A stretch of DNA of 64,000 nucleotides from Thermoproteota archaeon (lineage in GTDB: Archaea; Korarchaeota; JAOZGF01; JAOZFZ01): the NCBI GenBank assembly GCA_027492035.1, contig JAOZFT010000007.1, positions 39,042-103,041 of the forward strand, written 5' to 3'. The position numbers and the translations under genes are program-made. Below the pieces are notes generated by a model. It saw nothing but the letters and a program-made list of their open reading frames with translations. It was not told where the DNA came from and did no database searches. Positions 40,509-49,668 of this stretch are shown here, piece after piece (the first letter of the stretch is position 1; each line of letters opens with the position of its first letter).

Positions 40509-41855
40509 ATGAGTGAGAAATATATTGTTGTAGGTGGAGGAGCTGCGGGAATGAGTGCAGCCTCCAGAATCAGGAGAATAAAGAAAGAAGCAGAAATTAC
40601 TGTTTTTGAAAAAGGGGGTTACGTTAGCCATGCACCTTGTGGAATACCATACTATATTGAAGACTTAATTCCTAAATCTGAAGACCTAGTTTTTTACACG
40701 CCAGAATTCTTCAGGAAGAAGAGGAGAATAAGTGTTCTCCTTTACACAGAAGTGAAAAGAGTAGATGTTGAAGAAAAAGAGGTTCAAGTTTCAAACGGCA
40801 AATCTACAAAGAAGTATAGCTGGGATAAGTTAATACTTGCTACAGGAGCTTCACCCTTTATTCCACCAATTAAAGGAACAGACCTTAAGGGGATTTACAC
40901 TTTACATTTAATAGAGGATGGGGTGAGGTTTAAAAAAGTTTTGAAGAAAAGTAAAACAGTGGCAGTGGTTGGTGGAGGTTACATAGGACTTGAAGTAACA
41001 GAAGCCATATGTAGGAAAGAAAAAAGGGTTATTCTTTTCGAGATGATGCCGCACGTTTTACCTGCAACCTTCGACGATGACACGGCGAAAATTATCCAAG
41101 AAGAAGTAAGGAAGAATAAAGTAGAGTTACATTTAAATGAGAAAGTAACTGAATTTCAAGGAAAAGAATCCGTTGAGAAAGTATTAACTGAGAAAGGGGA
41201 GTATCCTGTAGACGTTGTTCTTTTATCTGCGGGAGTTAAACCTAACATAAAATTAGCTAAAGAAGCAGGTTTAGAAATCGGATCAACAGGAGCTGTGAAA
41301 GTGAATAAAAAGATGGAAACAAACGTAGCAGGGGTTTATGCAGCTGGAGACATTGCTGAAACCACAAATTTAGTTACTGGAAAAAAGACCTGGGTTCCAT
41401 TAGCTCCTACAGCGAACAAAATGGGGTTTGTAGCTGCTACAAATGCTGCAGGTGGTTACTTAGAATTTCCGGGTGTAACAGGTACCGCAATAACTAAAGT
41501 TTTCAACTTGTTCGCGGGTAGGACAGGATTAACTGAAAAAGAAGCTAAGAAAGAAGGGTTTAATGTAGCTTCAGTAATGATTGAAGCAAAAACAAAGGCT
41601 CATTATTACCCCAACCGGAAACCTATTTATGTTAAACTTGTTGGTGACATGGATTCAAAAAGGGTGTTAGGTGCCCAAGTAATTGGTTCAGAAGAAGTGC
41701 TTGGAAGAATAAACGTCGTTTCCTTACTTATATCCAATGGAGGAACAGTTAAAGACTTAATTTTTACTGACCTTGGATACGCACCCCCTACATCTCCTGT
41801 ATGGGACCCCTTAATTATTGCAGCAAGGGTTCTTAGTAGGAAAATCAGTCTATAA
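40509..41855 (+). CDS. CoA-disulfide reductase / NADH oxidase-family flavoprotein
   Basis: GGGAAG, SHAPCGIPY (single redox Cys), GGGYIG, YAAGD, YAPP. Confidence 0.88.
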   Translation: MSEKYIVVGGGAAGMSAASRIRRIKKEAEITVFEKGGYVSHAPCGIPYYIEDLIPKSEDLVFYTPEFFRKKRRISVLLYTEVKRVDVEEKEVQVSNGKSTKKYSWDKLILATGASPFIPPIKGTDLKGIYTLHLIEDGVRFKKVLKKSKTVAVVGGGYIGLEVTEAICRKEKRVILFEMMPHVLPATFDDDTAKIIQEEVRKNKVELHLNEKVTEFQGKESVEKVLTEKGEYPVDVVLLSAGVKPNIKLAKEAGLEIGSTGAVKVNKKMETNVAGVYAAGDIAETTNLVTGKKTWVPLAPTANKMGFVAATNAAGGYLEFPGVTGTAITKVFNLFAGRTGLTEKEAKKEGFNVASVMIEAKTKAHYYPNRKPIYVKLVGDMDSKRVLGAQVIGSEEVLGRINVVSLLISNGGTVKDLIFTDLGYAPPTSPVWDPLIIAARVLSRKISL

Positions 41856-41978
41856 GAATATTTTTCCAAATTTCGGCTTTAGTTAAATTTTTTGACTGTG
41901 CCGCTGCCATTTAAACCTTTATATGACATTATTTTGAGCCAAAATTGATACTTAACCCAGGTGACATATTTTTTAAAT

Positions 41979-43913
41979 TTACATTTTCAATTTTTCCAGT
42001 AATTTTATTGTTTCAGGGAATCTTTTTTCTTCTTTATGGGGAATATACAGTGCTTTTAAGTATTCATTGTTGAAATTTTTATGGGCTCCAAGTTCTAAAT
42101 ACTTCACTTTCTTACTTGCTTCCTCTGCTTTATTTCTCATTTCTTTTGAAATCAAAGCTAATCTTGCACCTGTTCCAGCAGCGTTACCGATTACTTCGAT
42201 TTTTTTAAGAGGGAATTCAGGGTACATGCCAATTAGCCTTGCATTTTCTGGGTCTATGTAATTCCCAAATGCACCTGCAATTAAGACTTTATTTATTTCT
42301 TTTTCTTTTATCCCTGTTTCCTGCATTAGAAGATAGGACCCTGTATATATTGCTGCTTTAGCTTTCTGGATTTCTCTCACATCTTTTTGAGTAAAAACTA
42401 TATCTTCATTCATGCCTGTGTCCTTTTTCCAAGCAATTACGAATTCATACCCTTCAGAAGCTTTTCTTAACCTTTCTGTTTCCTTCATCATTTCCTTGTT
42501 GAATGTCCCTTTATTATTTATTAAACCTGTTTTGTAAAGATTTGCCACTATGTCCACCATGGCGGAGCCACATAAACCTATTGGTTCTGTTTCTCCTATT
42601 GTTACGTAGTCTACAATGTCTACGTTAAAAGGGTTAATATTTACTCTTTCAATCGCTCCTTCAGCTGCTTTCATTCCGTGTTTTATGTGCATACCTTCAA
42701 AGGCGGGGCCTGAGGCACAAGAGGCTGCCATCACTTGTTCTTTGTTACCTAAATCTATTTCTGTGTTTGTGCCGATATCTATAGCCATGATTTTCTTTTC
42801 AGATTCCAGAATATCAGTGGCAATTATTACTGCGACATTGTCAGCTCCCACAAACCCTCCAATAACCGGTAGAAAGTAAGTTTTTGACCGGGGATGACCT
42901 ATAATTCCTAGTTTTTCTGATTCCACCGAGATTCCACGTCTAATGACAGGAGTGTAAGGTGAAAAAGCTAAATATTGAGGCCATATGCCTAAGAAAAGAA
43001 GCTGCATACATGTATTTCCTACTAGCACGTGTTCATATATCTCTTCTTCTTTAACCCTTGCTTTTCCGCAACAATCAAGAATTAATTTATTTATTCCCTT
43101 TACTATTTCTTTTTGAAGCTCTTCCAAGCCCTTTTCACCGTTTTCGATAACGTATGAAATTCTTGAAATAACATCTTCCCCGTAAACTATTTGAGGGTTC
43201 ATTGTAGCTGAAGAAACTAATGTTTCACCTGTTTTCAGGTTCACTAGGAAACCAGCTACTTTAGTAGTTCCTACATCAACTGCGAAACCATAAATTTCGT
43301 TGGTTGTGTCGCCTTTCTCCACCGAAATTATTTCATTTCCCCGTAAAGTGACAGTCACTTCCCATTTTCCATCCCTTAAAATTTTAGGTAGGTCTCTTAA
43401 TAGAGGGAATGAAAAACGAATTCTTTCACGTGCAACTCCTTCTTTGTCAATTAAAGCGTTAATTATTCTGTCTTCATCTGAGTAAGGGCTGTTTAGAGTT
43501 GGTTTAGGCAGTTGAAGAAAATATTTTTTAACTAAGGGGTTTATTTCTACCTTTTTCTCTACTCCTTTAACTTGGAGAACCTGTTTCCTCAGTAAACTTG
43601 TTTGAGGCACTTCAACTTCAACCACTCCTTCTAAACTCTCTAATACTGCCCTACAACTCAGTCTGTACCCTTCATTTATTTCTTTGGGAGATAATTGTTT
43701 ATGTTCAAGTGGAGTCACCTTGTTTAAGTATTCTTTGCCTGAATTAACCTTTATTTTACATTTGCCGCAAACCCCCTTTCCTCCACAGATGGATGTTAAA
43801 TTAACCCCCATATCAAGTAAAACATTTAATAAAGAAACTTTCTTGGTTACTTCTTTCTCTACAGGTGGAAAAGTTGAGTAGCCACTACTGAATTTAACCC
43901 TTAAATTTACCAT
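41979..43913 (-). CDS. ASKHA ATPase with N-terminal [2Fe-2S] domain (DUF4445; RACo/AcsV-type corrinoid reductive activator)
   Basis: CGGKGVCGKC...RLSC, DVGTT, NPQ..YGEDVISRI, DIGTN, GPAFEG, GLCGS, AGAFG, GNAAG. Confidence 0.88.
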   Translation of the reverse strand: MVNLRVKFSSGYSTFPPVEKEVTKKVSLLNVLLDMGVNLTSICGGKGVCGKCKIKVNSGKEYLNKVTPLEHKQLSPKEINEGYRLSCRAVLESLEGVVEVEVPQTSLLRKQVLQVKGVEKKVEINPLVKKYFLQLPKPTLNSPYSDEDRIINALIDKEGVARERIRFSFPLLRDLPKILRDGKWEVTVTLRGNEIISVEKGDTTNEIYGFAVDVGTTKVAGFLVNLKTGETLVSSATMNPQIVYGEDVISRISYVIENGEKGLEELQKEIVKGINKLILDCCGKARVKEEEIYEHVLVGNTCMQLLFLGIWPQYLAFSPYTPVIRRGISVESEKLGIIGHPRSKTYFLPVIGGFVGADNVAVIIATDILESEKKIMAIDIGTNTEIDLGNKEQVMAASCASGPAFEGMHIKHGMKAAEGAIERVNINPFNVDIVDYVTIGETEPIGLCGSAMVDIVANLYKTGLINNKGTFNKEMMKETERLRKASEGYEFVIAWKKDTGMNEDIVFTQKDVREIQKAKAAIYTGSYLLMQETGIKEKEINKVLIAGAFGNYIDPENARLIGMYPEFPLKKIEVIGNAAGTGARLALISKEMRNKAEEASKKVKYLELGAHKNFNNEYLKALYIPHKEEKRFPETIKLLEKLKM

Positions 43914-44253
43914 TTTCTAAAACACCCCTTTAGATAGAAAAGGTTAATATTTATGAACTCGAATCTTTTGTTTACTTTTAAAACCCGAAAAACGGAAGTA
44001 CAAAAAGGGTAAATTTTGATTTTAAATCTTGTGGAAACATAAAAACGGAGAGACAGTCACGAATTTTCTTTTTTTTAAGGGGATTACAAATCAGTTCGGA
44101 AAAGAACTCAGAAATTAGTCACCGAATTGTTTTCTAAGGTTAATTTTCATGTTTTTCTCTAGTTTAAACAAAGCCTACTTTTTTAAGAAAAATTTATAAA
44201 GAACAGATTTTTTAAAGGAAAAAAATTAAAGAAAAATGAAGAGGTTTTAGACA

Positions 44254-45609
44254 ATGGGCGAAAAAATTCTTCCAAGAAAAGAAATTCTCGACCAGTACAT
44301 AGAACGAACTTTAAAATCTAAAAAAGCCTACGAAGAAGCAAAGGAATTGATTCCAGGCGGAGTTGGAAGCGGTTACAGGTACATCGTACCGTATCCTTTC
44401 TTCATTAAAGAAGCTAAGGGAAGCAAGTTTTGGGATTTGGACGGAAACGAATACATAGACTACTTAATGGCTTATGGCCCATTAATTGCAGGACATGCTC
44501 ATCCTGTAATTGTTGAAGCTGTCAAGGAACAATTGGAAAAGGGGAGTTTGTATGCTATACCTCATGAAAAAACAGTTGAGTTTTTGAGAGAACTAAAGAA
44601 ACGTTATCCCATGCTAGACATGTTCAGGCTAACTAATTCAGGAACAGAATCTACTCTTCACGCAATAAGACTTGCAAGAGCTTACACAGGAAAGGATAAA
44701 ATAGTTAAAATTGAGGGGTGTTACCACGGAATGCATGATAATGTATTAGTAAGCGTAGAACCTAGGTTAGGGGCAGCAGGCCCAAGATGGGCTCCCTCGG
44801 TTATTCCTGACTCCTTAGGCACCACCAAAGCCTCGCTTCAAGATGTGGTAGTTGCACCCTTTAACGACATAGAAGTAATGGAGAGAATATTTCAGAAACA
44901 TGAAGGAGAAATAGCAGCTGTGATTCTTGAAGCAGTAATGATGAACGGAGTAGGGGTAATTCCGCCTGTAAAGAATTATTACCAAGACTTGAGGAAATTA
45001 ACTGATGAATATAATGTGTTAATAATTTTTGATGAAGTAAAAACAGGTGCAAGGGTTGCGTATGGTGGAGCAGCAGAGCTCTACAATGTTAAGCCTGACA
45101 TTGTAACCCTGGCTAAAGCAATTGGGGGAGGTTTCTCTTTAGGTGCTTTTGGGGCAAGAAAGGAAATAATGGAACTAGTTACTCCCTTGGGTCGTTTCCT
45201 TCACGGAGGAACATATAACGCTAACCCCTTAGCAATAACTGCAGGCGTAGTTACATTGAAAAAGATAATGACTAAACAGGCTTACCGCTACCTTCACAAA
45301 CTAAATGAAGAGATGGTTAAAGGCGTAAATGATTTAATAGAAGACACGGGGATAAACGCTTCAGTTACAAGCGTAAGTCCCATGGGTTATATTTACTTCC
45401 CAGCAATGAAACCAAAGAACTACAGAGAAGCAGTTAGCCGAGTGAATATGCAGAAAACAATTGATTTCTGGTTCGCAATGTTAAACAGAGGAGTTCTTAT
45501 CTGGGCCCCGTGCCAGATGGAACAGTGGAACATCACAATGGCCCATACAGAGGAAGATATTCAGTATACACTTGAAAAAATTGATGAAGCATTTCAGCAA
45601 GTGAAGTAA
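44254..45609 (+). CDS. Class III PLP aminotransferase, HemL (GSA aminomutase)-like
   Basis: DLDGNEYIDY, NSGTE, EGCYHG, FDEVKTG, LAKAIGGG, GTYNANP. Confidence 0.85.
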   Translation: MGEKILPRKEILDQYIERTLKSKKAYEEAKELIPGGVGSGYRYIVPYPFFIKEAKGSKFWDLDGNEYIDYLMAYGPLIAGHAHPVIVEAVKEQLEKGSLYAIPHEKTVEFLRELKKRYPMLDMFRLTNSGTESTLHAIRLARAYTGKDKIVKIEGCYHGMHDNVLVSVEPRLGAAGPRWAPSVIPDSLGTTKASLQDVVVAPFNDIEVMERIFQKHEGEIAAVILEAVMMNGVGVIPPVKNYYQDLRKLTDEYNVLIIFDEVKTGARVAYGGAAELYNVKPDIVTLAKAIGGGFSLGAFGARKEIMELVTPLGRFLHGGTYNANPLAITAGVVTLKKIMTKQAYRYLHKLNEEMVKGVNDLIEDTGINASVTSVSPMGYIYFPAMKPKNYREAVSRVNMQKTIDFWFAMLNRGVLIWAPCQMEQWNITMAHTEEDIQYTLEKIDEAFQQVK

Positions 45610-45859
45610 ATGTTTTTATTTCTTTCCCATCCCTTCTTTTTAAATCTCTTTAAAAATAAATGAAAAATTATGAATAATGTTTATTTCACCTCGTGTACCG
45701 AGGAAAAACTCCATATTTAACTCTTGCTTATTTAAAAACAAAGAAGAAACGTGACAAATTTTTTAAGGAAATTAGCTTAATTTTTTATAAAAGGAAACAT
45801 TCCTTTCTTAAAAAAAGTTTCACATTTTTTACAAATGATTTTTCCGGTGGATCCCTTTT

Positions 45860-46243
45860 ATGAATTTGGAAGAGGAAATAAATAACCTTTATAAGTTAAT
45901 TTTTGAAATTTACAAAGTGTTTAACATGTCCTTACTTTTCGCTTACAGAAGAGGTAAAAAGAGGAATTTGAAAAAGGAAGAAATTGATTTAATGATAACA
46001 CCTATCTTCATTGCAAGGACGCTTTTAGGAAGTAGTTTTTTGACAAGCAAAGCCCCAAGCCGGTTCAAAAAGGAGTTAATTGAAGCAACTTTCAATAAGA
46101 AAATAAGTGAAATAGGATCAAAGGAATTGATGGATGAATTCCTTTTGGAAAAAGGGGAAGCTGAAGAAATTTTGAAAGAAATAAATCACCCAAACACAGA
46201 AATGAAAGAAGAATCCCGTCACAAATTCACAGGTTTGCTTTGA
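45860..46243 (+). CDS. Hypothetical protein
   Basis: 127-aa ORF with GGTGG RBS and typical codon usage; no family recognised. Confidence 0.5.
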   Translation: MNLEEEINNLYKLIFEIYKVFNMSLLFAYRRGKKRNLKKEEIDLMITPIFIARTLLGSSFLTSKAPSRFKKELIEATFNKKISEIGSKELMDEFLLEKGEAEEILKEINHPNTEMKEESRHKFTGLL

Positions 46244-46289
46244 AATGTATCCTCTGTGAAAGAAACTCTACAATAAAAATTGAAATGAT

Positions 46290-47024
46290 TTAATTTCTCT
46301 CTTTCATTATCTTTTTTAATTCTAAAGCATTTTTTACAGCGTAGCCGTTGAAATCATTGTTAAAATAAACAAAAACTTCTTCTACATCCATTTCTTTTAT
46401 TCTACTACCCCACAAACGCAATTCTTTTTCAGTGTAATTGTAACTGTACCACCTTTCTTTTCCATGAAAACGTATGTAGGTGAAGTCTGTAGTTACTTCA
46501 ACAATTTCAGGAAATCTAGGGGCACTAATTATACAGAAAGCAACCCCTAGTTTCCGGAGAATATTGAAAGTTTCATGATGGAACCAAGATTTATGTCTAA
46601 ATTCAACAGTAAACCTGTACTTGTTTAAGGGAAGTTGTGTAAAAAAGTTTTCAAGCAAGTCTGTGTCTCTGTGCAAACTTGGAGGTAACTGAACCAAGAT
46701 TGGACCTAAACAATTATTTTCCTTTAAAGGCTTTATCCTTTCAAGAAATAATTCACAATTCTTTGAAGCGTCCACTAGCTTCTTCACATGAGTTATCTTC
46801 TTGTTTAATTTAACAGAGAACAGAAACCCTTTCGGTACCTTCCTCACCCACCCTTTAACGTATCCAGTAAAGGGTAAATGGTAAAATGTTGAGTTTACTT
46901 CCACTGTGTCAAAAAACTTCGAATAGAAACTGAGAAAATTCTTTTTCTCCGTTTTTTCAGGATAAAAGACACCTACCCAGTGGTTATAAGACCAACCGCT
47001 GCAACCGACCTTAACAGTTTTCAA
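46290..47024 (-). CDS. DUF72-family protein
   Basis: VGCSGWSY..W, VEVNSTFY, QLPPS, EFRH.SW, YIRFHG, YFNND. Confidence 0.9.
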   Translation of the reverse strand: MKTVKVGCSGWSYNHWVGVFYPEKTEKKNFLSFYSKFFDTVEVNSTFYHLPFTGYVKGWVRKVPKGFLFSVKLNKKITHVKKLVDASKNCELFLERIKPLKENNCLGPILVQLPPSLHRDTDLLENFFTQLPLNKYRFTVEFRHKSWFHHETFNILRKLGVAFCIISAPRFPEIVEVTTDFTYIRFHGKERWYSYNYTEKELRLWGSRIKEMDVEEVFVYFNNDFNGYAVKNALELKKIMKERN

Positions 47025-47253
47025 TTCTTTTCCCTCTTCCTTATTCGAGGGAAAAATAATTTTTGAAGTAAAGTATTAAGGATTAGCATGATGTAACATA
47101 AAAACTTAAGCAGGAGATATTTAATTTGGCTGTGCTGTTCAAGAAAAGGCTGTATTTAAACATTTCATATATAGGATAGGTAATTCCCTTTCTATAGAGA
47201 AGATAGAAAAGTATATAAAAAGGTTTTTCTAAAAAAGGTGAAGGTGTCTTTCC

Positions 47254-47889
47254 ATGTATTCAAACGAAATTATTCTTCCTGAACCTAAGAAGAAGGGAGT
47301 TGTAAGTGTGGAGGAAGCAATTTTTTCAAGGAGATCGGTAAGGCAATATTTAAATAAACCTTTGAAGCTTGAAGAGTTAAGTCAGTTGCTTTGGGCTGCT
47401 CAAGGAATAACTGATGAAGAATACGGATTGAGAGCTTCACCAAGTGCTGGAGCAACTTATCCGCTGGAAATATACGTAACAGTTAGAGAGGGAGGAGTTG
47501 AAAAACTTAAACCTGGGGTTTATCATTATAACCCACATAAACATTCTATTTCAGTAATTAAAGAAGAAGATTGTAGTGCGGCTCTCTACAATGCAGCCTT
47601 GAAACAAAGTTGTGTTTTGAATGCACCTATAAATGTGGTTATCTGCGCAGTTTATGGAAGAACTACAGCCAGGTATGGTGAGAGGGGGTACAGATATGTT
47701 CACATGGAAGCTGGACATGTAGGAGAAAATATTTATTTACAAGCAGCGGCTTTAAAGCTGGAGACGGTGGCTGTCGGAGCCTTCTATGATGAAAAAGTAG
47801 CTCAAGTTTTAAATGCACCAAAAAACCATAAACCCATTTATGTTTTCCCTATAGGGCGGCGGAAAATTCAGCAGAAACATAACAGGTAA
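47254..47889 (+). CDS. SagB/ThcOx-type nitroreductase-family flavoprotein
   Basis: RRSVR, LLWAAQG, PSAGATYPLE, EAGHVGENIYL, VGAF.D. Confidence 0.88.
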   Translation: MYSNEIILPEPKKKGVVSVEEAIFSRRSVRQYLNKPLKLEELSQLLWAAQGITDEEYGLRASPSAGATYPLEIYVTVREGGVEKLKPGVYHYNPHKHSISVIKEEDCSAALYNAALKQSCVLNAPINVVICAVYGRTTARYGERGYRYVHMEAGHVGENIYLQAAALKLETVAVGAFYDEKVAQVLNAPKNHKPIYVFPIGRRKIQQKHNR

Positions 47890-47951
47890 CTGCATTACGA
47901 AATTTATTGAAAAATATTATTTTTTATGGTTTCAAATGGGCAATAAAGGGT

Positions 47952-48629
47952 TTAGGGGTGAAAAATAATCAGAGTTACTGCAGCTAGTATCTCCAATAAG
48001 TAAAGCACCAATCCTAAAGTATCCTTTTTATCCCATTTCTTCCCCTTTTCTTCTGTAAACTTTTCTACAACTTCTTCTCCACCCCTCCACCTCCATCTGG
48101 GCTGCATATAATTTGGGGCATAAACTAAAGCCAAACTCAAAGGTATTCCTCTCAATAAAGTATAAGGTAAAGCGTCCCCCAAAGGTGACCAAACATAGAA
48201 CAGCGTTGCTCTGAAAGGGATCATATGGAGGAAGTTGTCAAACATGAAAAGCCAGTAAGCAGGAGCAACTAAGTAAGCCGCAGTTACAGAGTAAAACCAA
48301 ATAAGAACATGGGAAAATTTGCTTCTACGGTACTTCCAAATTGTTTTAGCCAAAAAACAAATACCTAAGCCTGTTATGAAATAACCAAGCATGTCAATCC
48401 ATGTATCCCATGATGGAATACCTATCAAGATCGATATTATTAGTGTCACGTAAGGGCCTCCAGCAAAGGAACCAAGTACCACTAAAGTGTGGCCGAGGTC
48501 GACAACAAATGGAGGAACCCAAGGAATATTTAGGCCCAGCGCTCTCCATGCAAACGCTAACCCACCCAAGGCTGCAGCTAACCCAGCCTGTTTAGAAGAT
48601 ATTATTTTCCTTGTCTCTTTTTCAGACAT
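47952..48629 (-). CDS. Probable ECF substrate-binding (S) component
   Basis: About 6-7 TM segments; directly downstream of ecfT in the ECF operon. Confidence 0.6.
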   Translation of the reverse strand: MSEKETRKIISSKQAGLAAALGGLAFAWRALGLNIPWVPPFVVDLGHTLVVLGSFAGGPYVTLIISILIGIPSWDTWIDMLGYFITGLGICFLAKTIWKYRRSKFSHVLIWFYSVTAAYLVAPAYWLFMFDNFLHMIPFRATLFYVWSPLGDALPYTLLRGIPLSLALVYAPNYMQPRWRWRGGEEVVEKFTEEKGKKWDKKDTLGLVLYLLEILAAVTLIIFHP

Positions 48630-48664
48630 CTTTTTCCACCTTACTTTTCTCCCATTAACCTTTT

Positions 48665-49495
48665 TTAAAAAATTTTCCTCATCAAATAAAGGGTAAAATT
48701 GAAGTTACCGAGGTTTAGATACCATTGCCCAGTTATTAAAGCGAAACAGAGAAGTAGGAAAAGTGATAGAGTGAAGAGCCAATCTGTTTTTCTATATTTC
48801 ATTTCAGTTATGAATGTTCTTTTTTTAGGGTTTCTGCTGAAGCCTTTGGTCTCAATTGTTAAAGCTATTTCTTGAGCCCTTCTAAAAGCATTCATTAAGG
48901 AGGGCATAATTAGTGGTATGTAACTAAATAAAAGCTTTACAGGGTTTTTTGTGTTGTGACTGACCCCCTTTAATTCTTGGGCATTCACTATTTCTCTGAT
49001 TTCATCCATTAAGACTGGAATGTAACTGAAACCTATCGATAAGGCAACTGCAAATTCAGCCGGAAATTTTAGTTTTGTAAGAGAGGTTAACAATTGGTTA
49101 AGAGGTGTAACGTAAAGGATTGTTGTCAAAGTTGTCATTATTATTAGAACCTTAAATTCAACTCCTAAACTATAAATTAAGGCTTCTAGGTAAATGTCCC
49201 ACAAAAGGAAATGCCCTAACAAGTAGTTTTCTCCAAATTGTCCCCTGTAACCCAGCAAGTTGAAGAGGGGGTAAATTAGTAGCAGTGGAAGAATTGCTTT
49301 GTACATTGGTGACAATTTTTTCAGGGAGATTTTGGTTGTTTTCAACATAGCCAACACTGCCAAATATATGAGGAAAAGGATTGTAGGGTCCGAATATGCA
49401 ATGGCTAGGAACGTGAATACGAAATAGAGAAGAATTTTTACTCTTGGGTCTAGTTTGTGGAGGAAAGTCTCTCCTTCACAATATTCAAAAACCAT
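48665..49495 (-). CDS. ecfT: ECF transporter transmembrane component T
   Basis: LHKLDPRVK, AQELKG, IETKGF. Confidence 0.88.
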   Translation of the reverse strand: MVFEYCEGETFLHKLDPRVKILLYFVFTFLAIAYSDPTILFLIYLAVLAMLKTTKISLKKLSPMYKAILPLLLIYPLFNLLGYRGQFGENYLLGHFLLWDIYLEALIYSLGVEFKVLIIMTTLTTILYVTPLNQLLTSLTKLKFPAEFAVALSIGFSYIPVLMDEIREIVNAQELKGVSHNTKNPVKLLFSYIPLIMPSLMNAFRRAQEIALTIETKGFSRNPKKRTFITEMKYRKTDWLFTLSLFLLLCFALITGQWYLNLGNFNFTLYLMRKIF

Positions 49496-49529
49496 TTCCT
49501 TAAATTTACCTCTTCCTTGCTTCTTTCAC

Positions 49530-49649
49530 TTATTCCTTTCTCCATTTAGAGTTTCCATAATGTATCACATAAACCAGTAACGCTATCACTATAACAGCTG
49601 CTACCCAGTTCCATGGAGATGGAAGGGTGAACCAAGTTTTTTGAAGCAT
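49530..49649 (-). CDS. 39-aa single-TM peptide in the ECF operon (below the ORF-track cutoff)
   Basis: MLQKTWFTLPSPWNWVAAVIVIALLVYVIHYGNSKWRKE; GGGGTGA RBS upstream. Confidence 0.6.
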   Translation of the reverse strand: MLQKTWFTLPSPWNWVAAVIVIALLVYVIHYGNSKWRKE

Positions 49650-49668
49650 TTTACTTCTTCACCCCTTT

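Noticed and set aside
40296-40631. 111-aa minus-strand ORF as an independent gene
   Set aside because: Only its last ~22 codons are meaningful (the dinB N-terminus); the rest overlaps the promoter region and the antisense of the CoA-disulfide reductase gene
44254-45609. Assigning the gene symbol hemL
   Set aside because: The N-terminal NSPVR-type motif is replaced (GVGSGYR) and no tetrapyrrole genes are adjacent; substrate uncertain
47254-47889. SagB-like gene as part of a RiPP (TOMM) cluster
   Set aside because: No YcaO or precursor peptide nearby; stand-alone copies are common in archaea
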